Part shown: positions 9,675-19,457 of the stretch, in pieces
Layout: each line of letters starts with the position of its first letter
Position numbering within the stretch: position 1 is the stretch's first letter
Source of the DNA: Candidatus Sulfomarinibacteraceae bacterium
Lineage (GTDB): Bacteria > Acidobacteriota > Thermoanaerobaculia > Thermoanaerobaculales > Sulfomarinibacteraceae
DNA: 64,000 nucleotides
NCBI GenBank assembly: GCA_963796455.1
Contig: CAWCLO010000001.1
Location: forward strand, 128,001-192,000
Direction: 5' to 3'
The notes under the pieces: model-generated
Seen by the model: the letters and a program-made list of their open reading frames with translations, nothing else
What the model was told of the DNA's origin: nothing
The model's database searches: none
Position numbers and translations under genes: made by a program

Positions 9675-11855
9675 TTACAAGAAGAAGCGGTAGCTCACCT
9701 TGACGGCCAGTTCGCGGTGGCGCTCGACCGGCAGACCGATCTCGTCGATCTCGCTCTCGTTGTACACCACAAAAAGATCGGAATCGTTGTGCAGGATCCA
9801 ACGAAGACGCAGATTGAGCAAGGTCGTTTCGGTGGATGAATTGTGCTGCAGATATGCCGACGTCGAAAGGACGGGAGAAAACGTGTAGTCGAGCCGGAGC
9901 GACCATAGCTGCCAGTCGACAGCTCCGTGGTCACTCGTGATGTCGTAAATCGAGTACGAACCGCCTGTCCTCAGATGCTTGCTGAAAACAAACCAGAGCT
10001 CACCGGAAAACTGCTTCCGATCACCGTCGTAAAACCCACCACCGCTGATCGAGGCATCGCCACCCCAGCGTCGGGACCGATCCGAATGATAGTCGATCGA
10101 TCCGTTGACAAAGGTGTAGTCGCCCGGCCCAAAGATGAGATCTTCATCCAGTTCGAAATCTTCAAAAAGGCGCTCGAAATTCCGCCCGATCCGAAAGTCG
10201 AACTTGTCGCCGGAGCTCATCTCCGACTCGATATTGAAGTTGAAACTGCTGCTTTCAGTCGTGTCGTAGACCAGGGATTGATGGCCGCTGGCCGAGCCAC
10301 GGAATGAGAGCCGGCGGATACCCAGCTTGCCGGGCCGGATGGTCCGCCGCAAGGACCCGTGGCCGTTTCGATAGCCGGTTCGGCGGACGAAACCAACGGC
10401 CGGATTCATTCCATCATCTATCTGACGATAGGCGAATCTGAAGCCCCACGGGTCGGTCGTGAGATCGAGGGCCAGGTAACCGGCCGAAGTCGAACCCTCC
10501 TCGTCGTCATCCACCCTGAGGTAGTCGGCAAGGAATGAAAGTGCCTGGGTGATATACCAGGCGCCATCTATACCAATGGTCGTCGACCGATGGCCGCTTT
10601 CGCTTTTGTCAGTGATGATTCCGCCGACATACGAACGGCCGCCCAGATCCTGGCGCAACCTCGCGACGTTGTACCAGGCCGATTCGAGACCGAACTCCTC
10701 CACACCGCCGGTCCGCATCGAGAGCACTCCGATATCGCTTTTGCCCACCTTGCCGGTGAGACGCAGACCGCCGTCGATAGGAACAGTTTCGCCATCGTAG
10801 ATGCCGATACGACGGCTGAAAAAGGGCGTGATTTCGGGCGGCCGGCCCGGAAAACCCTGACCGTGCCCAAAGGAGAAAAGATCGGCGTTTTCGAGAAAGA
10901 ACTCGCGCTTTTCCGGATAAAAGAGCGAGAACCTCGTCAAATTGACCTGCACGTCGTCGGACTCGACCTGCGAGAAATCGGTGTTGTAGGTCGCGTTGAG
11001 GACAAGATTGGAGGTCACCGAGAACTTGACGTCAAGACCGGCCTCGAGATAGGAATCCTCGAGATCATCGCCACCCTCGGGATCGGTCTCTCGCACCAAT
11101 CCGGCCAGACCATATGGGATCAACTGGAGGTTTCGTTGTCGTTTGTCAAACGAAAGCCCGCTGAGCTCGCCGGCGAAGTTCAGGCTGCTGATTTCGAATG
11201 GCGGCGGTGGCGCCGACAGATAACTTTCTTCCTGCAGCCTCTTGACAACCCTCTTGACGTTGACGCCCCACGTCTGTTCGCCATGGGCGCGGTAACGCAG
11301 CATTCGCAGCGGAATCCGGAACTCGGCCTGCCACCCGGTCTCGGTGATCTTGGCCTTGACATTCCAGACCTCGTTCCAGTTCCAGGTGTAGCGCCAGGCG
11401 CCATTGACCAGGCCTTCGTCTTTGGCGCCCAGGGGGTTGACCACGAAAATGGTGCCGCGGATCTCGTCCCGGTAGGTGTCGAAAATCAACTGGATATTGT
11501 CGTCGGTCTCCGGCCGGTCACGGTGCCGGAGTTTCTGGGCCCGGATCTGATCGGGGTGATCGTCATCGCAGATCACGGCCACATAAATGGCCCTTTCGCC
11601 GAGCAGGAAGGCGATCCTCGTCGGCTGGGTCGCGGCCTCACCAAAGTGGGGTTCAGTCTGGCGAAAATCATCGAACCACGAAGCCTCACTCCAGATAGGG
11701 TCGCTCAGGTCACCGTCGATTTCCGGCGCCTTCGAGGATTCGATGCGCAACGCCTCGGTCGATGGGTTCTGCGCAGAAACCAGGCCCAACGGGGCCATCG
11801 CCACCCACACCGCCACTGCAATCAGGACCGTTTTTATTTTTCTGGAATATGTCAC
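9675..11855 (-). CDS. CBM9/DOMON-like plus DUF5916 outer-membrane protein
   Basis: Signal peptide, APEIDGDLSD, GWQAEFRIP, TYNTDFSQVESD, FYPEKREFFLE, FFSRRIG; beta-strand-rich C-terminus. Confidence 0.85.
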   Translation of the reverse strand: MTYSRKIKTVLIAVAVWVAMAPLGLVSAQNPSTEALRIESSKAPEIDGDLSDPIWSEASWFDDFRQTEPHFGEAATQPTRIAFLLGERAIYVAVICDDDHPDQIRAQKLRHRDRPETDDNIQLIFDTYRDEIRGTIFVVNPLGAKDEGLVNGAWRYTWNWNEVWNVKAKITETGWQAEFRIPLRMLRYRAHGEQTWGVNVKRVVKRLQEESYLSAPPPPFEISSLNFAGELSGLSFDKRQRNLQLIPYGLAGLVRETDPEGGDDLEDSYLEAGLDVKFSVTSNLVLNATYNTDFSQVESDDVQVNLTRFSLFYPEKREFFLENADLFSFGHGQGFPGRPPEITPFFSRRIGIYDGETVPIDGGLRLTGKVGKSDIGVLSMRTGGVEEFGLESAWYNVARLRQDLGGRSYVGGIITDKSESGHRSTTIGIDGAWYITQALSFLADYLRVDDDEEGSTSAGYLALDLTTDPWGFRFAYRQIDDGMNPAVGFVRRTGYRNGHGSLRRTIRPGKLGIRRLSFRGSASGHQSLVYDTTESSSFNFNIESEMSSGDKFDFRIGRNFERLFEDFELDEDLIFGPGDYTFVNGSIDYHSDRSRRWGGDASISGGGFYDGDRKQFSGELWFVFSKHLRTGGSYSIYDITSDHGAVDWQLWSLRLDYTFSPVLSTSAYLQHNSSTETTLLNLRLRWILHNDSDLFVVYNESEIDEIGLPVERHRELAVKVSYRFFL

Positions 11856-12121
11856 TCGAAGTTCCCGAGATGCCCTTCACTCGCTTGTCACAATTCTGCC
11901 ACATAACCAGGGCGTGAATTGTCAAGAATTATCAAGCGATGGTCAACCTCGACTTCGTCAACAACGAGGAAGTCCGGGTCTACGGATTTGCCGTGACCTA
12001 CGGGTTCTGACTCTTGCTCCACTGTTGAGAATCAAGTGGCAGAAACCGCGTGGTATCGCCTCGGCACCAGTGGCTTTTTCAATGCCCGTGATAGCCTCGA
12101 GCAACCAATCGGGAGGGCAAT

Positions 12122-12670
12122 ATGGCGACGGCAATCGTGATTCTCGCTGACGGCTTCGAAGAAATCGAGGCGGTCACCCAGATCGATGTCTTGCGTCGCG
12201 CCGGCGTCGAGGTGACGGTGGCAGGGCTCAACGGAGGGGTCGTCACCGGTGCCCACGGTCTAGGAATCGTTACCGATTCGGCCCTCGTTGACCTCAACAC
12301 CACAGCGGATCTCGTCGTGTTGCCGGGCGGCATGCCGGGCTCAGAGAATCTCGGCCGATCGGAGGCGGTCGTCTCCCTGCTCGAGGAACAATTTGCCGCC
12401 GGAAGAAAAATCGGCGCCATCTGCGCGGCGCCCGCCTATGCACCCGTTGCGGCGGGAGTCCTTGTCGGCAAACGAGCGACCTGCTACCCCTCCTTCGAAA
12501 AACGATTCGGCCCATCGACCACCGCAGTGGAAGACCGGGTCGTTGTTGACGGCAATGTCATCACCAGCCGCGGACCCGGCACCGCCCTCGAATTTGCCCT
12601 GGTCCTGGTGGAAGAGCTCGTCGGGACTGCGAAGGCCGACGAGTTGCGTTCAGCGATGCTCGTCACCTGA
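12122..12670 (+). CDS. DJ-1/PfpI family protein (YajL/ThiJ-like glyoxalase/deglycase)
   Basis: GFEEIEA, LPGGMPG, AICAAP and ITSRGPGTA motifs; SD GGAGG. Confidence 0.92.
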   Translation: MATAIVILADGFEEIEAVTQIDVLRRAGVEVTVAGLNGGVVTGAHGLGIVTDSALVDLNTTADLVVLPGGMPGSENLGRSEAVVSLLEEQFAAGRKIGAICAAPAYAPVAAGVLVGKRATCYPSFEKRFGPSTTAVEDRVVVDGNVITSRGPGTALEFALVLVEELVGTAKADELRSAMLVT

Positions 12671-12758
12671 CGGCACAGGCTCTGAAAACGGTCTTTCCCC
12701 CGGAAACGTCGCCGGGAACAGGTAACATCTTTGGAAAAGGATGCTGGAGGTTGCCGTG

Positions 12759-14537
12759 ATGTGTCGAGTTCGATTGATCTCAATGGTCGTTTTTGTCGCG
12801 CTCGCCGTGCTCGCCGCGCCAACCGTGTCCGCCCAGGCTCTTCCGTGCGCGGACGCCTATAGCGCCATTGCGTGGGAGCTTATTTCGTCCATTCGATCCG
12901 CCGGAGGGCCCGAAGTCCCAACTCGGATCATGGAACTTTTCGTTCGACTCTCCATCAACTCCGTCAACCGTGGCAACGGTTCAGCTGCCCTCTCCCAACT
13001 GCAATCGGTCGAACGCTTCATCGACCGCTCCATCGATGATCCCGTGACCCGGGAATCACTGATGACACTGCTGGACCAAACGCGCGCCGTCCTTGCCAAT
13101 TGCACGGCGACGCCGCCTTTGAGCACGCTCAATTGCCGATCAGGAGACGGCGAGAACGAGCTCCTGTGGGTCAATCCCGCGGGCAGCCATCTTTCGACCA
13201 CGATCCTCGTGCGCACCGACCGCTACCCCGTGGGTCCATCGGATCCGATCGCCGACGAGGTCGGGACCTACGCTGGTGGGCCCGGCGAGATCGGCCGGGC
13301 AACGCACGACACGCTCGCCAACGGGATGCGCTATTTTTACGCCGCCTACGCGACCGATTCCAGCGGCGAGCCCTCGCCGGCCAGATTCACCTTCGGCCGG
13401 CCTCAGAGTCGCGACGGCGCGTTTCGTTGGTCCTTCACAACCGGCGGGGCCGGCCGGCCGACCATCGGAGGCCTCGAGGATCAATTCATGACCACGTCCA
13501 GCACGGGCTATGTTTTCGCCCTCGAACCCGGCCCGGATGGCGGCACCTGGCCCGCGAGCTACCTCCCGCCAAAGATCCCGTCTCCTTCAGATGGGCGACC
13601 AATCACGATACCCGCAAACATCACCCCCGACGGTGCGCCCTGGGTGCTCGTCACGAGCCGCAACGGGAGGGTCTCGGCGATCAATGCCTCGACCGGCGAA
13701 ACCGTGTGGGTGAGCCCGATCCTCGGCAACGGGATCGATGCTTCGGTGTGCGCCATGTTCACCGCGTACGGCGGGGTTGACGACGTGGTCATGGTGGGTG
13801 TCAACAACCTCTTCGGCGGCAGCCGTCTCGTGGGACTGGATTTCGCAACCGGTTCGTTGTCGTGGTCCTTCGACAACGGAGGCGGCAGGGATGCCGTTGG
13901 TGCGATTCGAAATACCTGCACCGTCGACTATGCCCAGCAACGCGTCTATTTCACCACCGAGACGGCGCGGTGGGGCAGTCGGGATACCATCTGGGCCCTG
14001 ACGCTGGAGGACGGTATGGCCTCCAAACTGTGGTCGGAGAACCACCCGAGGATCAACACTGCGGCGGTATTGGTCGGCGAGGCGCTCTACGTCGGAACCG
14101 ACCTCGGCGACGTTCTCTCTATCGATGTCGCGGACGGGCGTTCGCGTTGGACCTCGCCCTATTCGACCGGTGACGGTCCTGTCGAGAGTTTCGTCTTCCC
14201 GCAGCGGGGCACGGGTCTGTTGGCTTTCAGCACGGACAATCGGGTCCACCTCGTGCTCGACACCGGCACCGAGGCCTCGGCCGTCTGGCGCCCGGGCATC
14301 TTGCTGCCTGAACCGAATGTGCCCCTCATCCGTGAAGACAGGGTTCTTGTTGCAGACGCCGACGGCGCGGTCTACAGCATCGACACGACGGCGGCCCAAC
14401 CGACCGCGACCCCATTTGCGGAGTTTGGCGACCCGGCGCGGCGCGCGGCGCCGGGACAACCCTATTTCGATTGGAGAACCGGGCTTTACGGCGTCGGCAC
14501 CGCGGAGGGGGTGCTCTACGTCGTGCAGACTCCGTGA
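12759..14537 (+). CDS. Secreted protein with small helical N-domain, FN3-like domain and PQQ-like beta-propeller
   Basis: Signal peptide; repeated AxDxxTGxxxW-type blades (AINASTGETVW, GLDFATGSLSW, SIDVADGRSRW); LANGMRYFYAAYA FN3-like strand. Confidence 0.7.
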   Translation: MCRVRLISMVVFVALAVLAAPTVSAQALPCADAYSAIAWELISSIRSAGGPEVPTRIMELFVRLSINSVNRGNGSAALSQLQSVERFIDRSIDDPVTRESLMTLLDQTRAVLANCTATPPLSTLNCRSGDGENELLWVNPAGSHLSTTILVRTDRYPVGPSDPIADEVGTYAGGPGEIGRATHDTLANGMRYFYAAYATDSSGEPSPARFTFGRPQSRDGAFRWSFTTGGAGRPTIGGLEDQFMTTSSTGYVFALEPGPDGGTWPASYLPPKIPSPSDGRPITIPANITPDGAPWVLVTSRNGRVSAINASTGETVWVSPILGNGIDASVCAMFTAYGGVDDVVMVGVNNLFGGSRLVGLDFATGSLSWSFDNGGGRDAVGAIRNTCTVDYAQQRVYFTTETARWGSRDTIWALTLEDGMASKLWSENHPRINTAAVLVGEALYVGTDLGDVLSIDVADGRSRWTSPYSTGDGPVESFVFPQRGTGLLAFSTDNRVHLVLDTGTEASAVWRPGILLPEPNVPLIREDRVLVADADGAVYSIDTTAAQPTATPFAEFGDPARRAAPGQPYFDWRTGLYGVGTAEGVLYVVQTP

Positions 14538-14556
14538 TCAACGGAGGTTGCCGGCA

Positions 14557-16220
14557 TCAAGAGGCGGTATGAGGAAAACACGCGCCGTTCTCGGCAAAGG
14601 TCTCACACCACCCTGATCCCCTGCTCAACCAGGTCGGTTTGATCTCGCCTTCGCGCCGCCCCTCGCGAACCCGGCGTCGCACGAAACGCCCCCACCCGTC
14701 ACCTTTGACGGCGTGGATCTGCAATGGCGACAGCTGATCGAGCGCCCGGCAGTAGGCATAGTGGGGGTTCTCCATCAGTCCCCTTTCGACCAGCCGCGCC
14801 ACGCGTTCCATATCGCCGGCTCCGGCCTCCGATTCCAGGTGAAGAACATAGGCGGGCGGATGTCCCTCTTCGAGCGCCACCAGGCCAAAACGAAAGCTAA
14901 GGCCTTCACGTGCTATGGCACCTTCGACCACCATCCGGACGTGAGGTTCGGAGAGCTTTTCTCCGAACCGATCCGCTACCAGATCCTTCTTGCCGATGAA
15001 TCGCACCCGGGGGCACCGGTCGTGAAAACCAACGACCTCCACCAGGTCCCCGGTGAGATAGCGATAAAGACCGCCACCGGTGGTCAGAACAACCTCATAG
15101 CGTCCACCCCGGTCGAGCCGGTGGGCCGGTACGCCGGCCGCCTCGCCTTCGGCAACGAACTCGAGGTAGTGCGAGGTCAGCGTCAGAGCACTGCCCTCTT
15201 CGTCCTCCGCTTCAAATGGTATCGAGCTGATCCCCTCGGTGGCCACGAGCCCCTTCGGTTGCAGCTCGGCGTGCGGAAAAAGGCCCGCCAGACGATTGGC
15301 ATACGTCTCGCTCGGACCGTCTGCCCAGGCGCTGATGACCGCGAGCCGCGGCCACAGCCGGCGGTGGATCGAAGCCGGGTCCGATTCCTTCAAGGCAGCG
15401 AGAATTGCTCTCGATCTGCCGACCATGGGTCGAGTTCGGTGATCTTCAGCAGGTTCGCACAGGCGCGGAGGATTCGGCACGCCTACCGCCACATCGGCCG
15501 CCAATCGTTCCCCCCACTCCGCCAACCTCTCCACAAGCAGTTCGAGGAACGTCGGGCTCCACACCGAGATCAGTGCCAGGTCCCGTGACCGGAGCAGATA
15601 AAAGAGTGTGACGTAGCGGCAGGTTTCCATATTCTCGAGATGCCGCACCGAACCCGGCACGGCCATGATCGATTCCACCAACGACGCCGCCGCGCCCCCC
15701 AGATAGGAGCTATCCGTCTCGAAGCCGAAGGGCACCGAAGTCGGCTGCCCGCCAGGGGCAGCAACGGGCTCACTGACCAGTACGCGGGGCCCGCCGCAGC
15801 CCGCGGGTGGCATCGAAAGAGTTGCGCCACCCACGCACCGATGGCGCGGGAGAACTCCCGCTGCAACGAACTGGTGTACGGAATCCACTTACTCGGAGAT
15901 GCCGAGCCCGACGAAGGCTGGATCAAGCGCACAGGCTCCGTCGTCAGGAGTCCGGTCACGCCGTCGCCGATTCTCCGCATCGTTTCGGCATAGTCCTCGT
16001 ATCTCGACAGCGGCACCCGTGCGCTGTATGCCTCGGGCGAAGGAGTTGCGGCGAAAGAGTGCGTACGTCCGAATTCGGAATCACGATTGCGACGAAGGAT
16101 CCGGTGGAGCACTTTCGACTGCGCGGCGGCCGGGTCTGACGCGGCTCGACACCACGCCGCTCGGTGGCGTTCGGCCGCGAGCCACCAGGCTCTGTTGACG
16201 GCACCGGTCAGCAAGCCCAA
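14557..16220 (-). CDS. GH3 family acyl-acid amido synthetase-like protein; frameshifted near 15755
   Basis: VPLSRYEDY, SSGSASPSKWIP, LVATEG, YEVVLTTGGGLYRYLTGD, GEKLSE. The frames join at a G4 run (15755-15758). Probable TTG start overlaps the upstream gene. Confidence 0.85.
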
Positions 16221-16945
16221 CGCCCCCCCACAAACTCGATCTCCGGCGCCACCGACCGCAGGATTCTGCGGCCGCGCGCGTTGAGATTTTCGGGGCTCAA
16301 CTCGGCCAGGCACACCAACTCGTCACCGGCAAGCCAACCCGGGTTGCTACGCAGGAAGAATCCGACGTTCGGGTCCGTTCGCCGAGCCTCGGCCACCGCC
16401 GTTTCGGGTTGGCGGAGGATCTGCGGTTCATCAAAGACCACGAGACCGGATGACGGGTCGAAGTACCGTCCCCACCGCTCATGGGCCAGTAGCCGTATCA
16501 ACTCCTGCACACTCGGCGGGGTGTCGAGATCGAAGCGCGGATAGAACTCCCGAAGAAAAACCGGGAGGAATCGATACGTCCGGAAACTGGAACAGATCAG
16601 CAGCCACAGGAGGGGGACCTCAGCACAACCACCGAGGGTCATGATGGCGCCGAGGACCGTACGGGCGAGCATATTGCTGCGGCGGGCTGACGGGTCGACT
16701 ACCGTATCCCCGGAGACCAGGACCTGAAGCGGCCGTCCCGCCGCGGACGTCTGATACCTGGCAAAGGTCGAGAAACCCCTCAACCCACCCTCGGAATCCG
16801 TCACCGTCACGGCCCAGTCCTTGTGCTCGAGATCGGCGAAGAAGCGTTCCTTGGAAACCCCTCGGAAAAACTCCGAAAAGAGATCGAACATGGCGTCTCT
16901 GCCCCGGTCGCCGATCTCGGTGGTGGCCACCAGCCGACCCTTCAC
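16208..16945 (-). CDS. GNAT-like fold protein of unknown function
   Basis: GLRGFST, SGDTVVDPSARR, RTYRFLPVF; GTG start overlaps the upstream TGA. Confidence 0.6.
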   Translation of the reverse strand: MKGRLVATTEIGDRGRDAMFDLFSEFFRGVSKERFFADLEHKDWAVTVTDSEGGLRGFSTFARYQTSAAGRPLQVLVSGDTVVDPSARRSNMLARTVLGAIMTLGGCAEVPLLWLLICSSFRTYRFLPVFLREFYPRFDLDTPPSVQELIRLLAHERWGRYFDPSSGLVVFDEPQILRQPETAVAEARRTDPNVGFFLRSNPGWLAGDELVCLAELSPENLNARGRRILRSVAPEIEFVGGRWAC

Positions 16946-18060
16946 AGCAGCGCGACCTCGGGCCGGCACAGCCGCCCATCGAGGCGGTCCACCGCCTCGA
17001 TGCTCGCGTCGTCAGACCAGTGGACCGCATACAAGGTGCTTGGATAAATCCGATGGCGGAAAGCCGCTTTGATTGCTGCCGCCAGTGGGCTTCGAACCGA
17101 CAGACCCACCGCGAGGCTGGTGAGGCCCCTGGATCGAGCTTCGCGCCGGGCCGCTCGAACGAGCGGCAAAACATGCTCCGGTCGATCATCTTCGGCCGCA
17201 ATATGCGACAGATAGGCCATGGCGATCGTCTCGCCGACTCGAGGCAACCGAGGGATCCCGAAGACCGGAGCCAACAGATTGATCAGGTGCCGCAGGCGGC
17301 CGACAGTGGGGCCATAACCCCGGACCACCGCCTGTTTGACGGCCCGTTGGTCCCACAGAGCCAAAGCGGCAACGATCCGTCCGCGAGCGCTTCGGACAAA
17401 AAAATCGCCCGCCTCGAGTCCGGGTGTTCTCGAGTCGCTGAGAATATCCTGCACTGCCCACTGTTCGGCGAACTGATGCTCCATAGCGCGCGAGTCGATC
17501 AATTCGATGATTTCCGGGAGGGCATCCATCGATCCCCGATCCACACCTTGGGAATCGTGCGGCGCGGTCCTTCCGGCAGGAAGCACGATGGTCTCCATCT
17601 CTTCGATCGGCCGGTACGAGGGAAGGCCGGCGCGGCCGCCGGCCAACAGCTTGTTGGCCTCACGATTGTCGGAGATGATCGAGGTGAGGCAGAATGGAAG
17701 CTCGTCGTCCTCGAGCAGCCCCCGGCACATCTCGAATCCGTCGCGCAGAAGGCGGAGCGCCCGCCGATAACGCCGATCGACCCGGAGACATCCAAGGTAC
17801 GGCTGCCACACCGCTTCACCGTTGACGTAGCATCGCCGCGAAGCGAGGCTGCCCATGCCCGCAAGCTCAGGCAAGCCCTGCCATCGTCCGACAATCGTCC
17901 GGTGGCGCTCGCCATCGAGGGCGCCGGCAAAAAAACTCGGTTCGCGCTCGAGCGACACCGAGACCTCTCCCTGCATGGGATTGTCGCGCAACAACCTGCG
18001 CAGCTCGGCATCGTCTTCGGGCCGGGCGAGCTCAAGACGCACATCACTGGCGGTTCGCAC
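16942..18060 (-). CDS. Tandem-GNAT / N-acyltransferase-like protein (start uncertain, 18060-18096)
   Basis: ARPEDDAELRRL, YLGCLRVDRRYRR (acetyl-CoA motif A-like), LTSIISDN; a second GNAT-like half follows. Confidence 0.65.
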   Translation of the reverse strand: MRTASDVRLELARPEDDAELRRLLRDNPMQGEVSVSLEREPSFFAGALDGERHRTIVGRWQGLPELAGMGSLASRRCYVNGEAVWQPYLGCLRVDRRYRRALRLLRDGFEMCRGLLEDDELPFCLTSIISDNREANKLLAGGRAGLPSYRPIEEMETIVLPAGRTAPHDSQGVDRGSMDALPEIIELIDSRAMEHQFAEQWAVQDILSDSRTPGLEAGDFFVRSARGRIVAALALWDQRAVKQAVVRGYGPTVGRLRHLINLLAPVFGIPRLPRVGETIAMAYLSHIAAEDDRPEHVLPLVRAARREARSRGLTSLAVGLSVRSPLAAAIKAAFRHRIYPSTLYAVHWSDDASIEAVDRLDGRLCRPEVALL

Positions 18061-18092
18061 GTGCGTCGTACGCGCGTCAGCCCGGAAGTCCG

Positions 18093-19457
18093 TCAGGCGG
18101 CGTCGCGTGCCGATGACCGCAGGTTGCCCTTCCACCCTTGATCTCCCAGCGGGAAGCCGTCCCGGTCCCCGACTTCCCTCCGCTGCAATGCGTTGATCAA
18201 AAAGAACTCCACCGCCCGACTGAGGCGACCCCGGCTCGGCTGACGCAGGCCGCGGCCGACGATGGATCGCCACGAGTAGAATTCCCGCCTCGATTCGAGG
18301 CATTTTCGGCGCAATTGGTCGGCCGACATCAATTTTGGTCGAAAGGTCACCTGATTGAAGCCGTACTGTGGATCCAGCCACCACGATTCCTCGAAGAGGC
18401 GATTCTGGGCGCGAAGCCTGTCGTAGACCGGGGTGCCTGGAAAGGGAACCAGGTGATTGAATGCTGCGAGATACATCGCGTGTTCCCGGGCAAAGGAGAC
18501 GGCCGTTTCGAAGTGATTCTCCGTGTCGCCGTCGTATCCAAATATAAAGGTGCCGTAGATGCAGAGCCCCTTGTTGGCCACCATTTTCATCGTGGAGTCG
18601 TAATCCGCGATTCGATTGAATCCCTTGTTCATCTCGCCCAGGTTGCCGTCGTCCAGAGTCTCGAATCCGACCAGGACGCCGATACACCCGCTCAGAACCA
18701 TCAACGCGACCAACTCTTCGTCCCGGAGCGCATCCATCGAACACTGACCGACCCATGGAACGGGATTCCGCGCCAGCAGGCGGCAGAGCTCTTTGGCGCG
18801 ATCCCGGTCGGCGCCAAAATTGTCATCGACCACGAAGAGAAACTTCTTCGACGGTGCGAGCTCCCACATCTGGCGAGCCACATCCTCGACGTCGAAGGGC
18901 GCCACTTTGCCTCCGTAAAACGCGGTGATGGCGCAGAAGTCGCAGCGATGGTTGCATCCACGGCTCGATTCGAGGAGCCCGATCGGCAGATAGCTCTTGC
19001 CCTCGAAGATGCTGCGATCGGGTTTTGTCAAATGCTTGGAGCTCCCACCTTCGGTCCGATAGACTCTCTTCAGGGTTCCCGATCGGTGGTCGTCGATCAC
19101 CTCCGCCCACCGGCCCTCCGCTTCGCCGACGACGATGCTTTCGGCGTGGATCATCGCTTCCTCCGGGACGAGCGTCGGGTGGAATCCCCCGAGCACGACC
19201 GGTACGCCGCGGCGCCGGTATTCGCTCGCTATCTGATAGGAGCGGAGAGCCGTGTAGGTCTCTACCGAGATTGCAACCAGATCCGCCGGGGCATCGAAAT
19301 CGATCCGCTCCACCCGATCGTCTTGAAGGCTCACCTCCACATCGTCCGGCGTCAGCGCCGCGAGCGCGGCGAGTTGGAGGGGCTCCATCTGCCAGGTCTT
19401 GAGGTAGGAAGAGCCGGGTCGCCGCCCCACCGCAGGCTGCACCAGGGTCAGCTTCAT
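18093..19457 (-). CDS. B12-binding radical SAM enzyme
   Basis: N-terminal cobalamin-binding domain (PLQLAALAA, VLGGFHPT, IVVGEAE) and CNHRCDFC; ATG overlaps the upstream TGA. Confidence 0.92.
   Translation of the reverse strand: MKLTLVQPAVGRRPGSSYLKTWQMEPLQLAALAALTPDDVEVSLQDDRVERIDFDAPADLVAISVETYTALRSYQIASEYRRRGVPVVLGGFHPTLVPEEAMIHAESIVVGEAEGRWAEVIDDHRSGTLKRVYRTEGGSSKHLTKPDRSIFEGKSYLPIGLLESSRGCNHRCDFCAITAFYGGKVAPFDVEDVARQMWELAPSKKFLFVVDDNFGADRDRAKELCRLLARNPVPWVGQCSMDALRDEELVALMVLSGCIGVLVGFETLDDGNLGEMNKGFNRIADYDSTMKMVANKGLCIYGTFIFGYDGDTENHFETAVSFAREHAMYLAAFNHLVPFPGTPVYDRLRAQNRLFEESWWLDPQYGFNQVTFRPKLMSADQLRRKCLESRREFYSWRSIVGRGLRQPSRGRLSRAVEFFLINALQRREVGDRDGFPLGDQGWKGNLRSSARDAA

Noticed and set aside
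11894..12044. Inverted TTCTGCCAC/GTGGCAGAA pair as sigma54 promoters or an operator
   Set aside because: No TTGC at the -12 position and the arms are about 130 nt apart; a 9-bp match could be chance.
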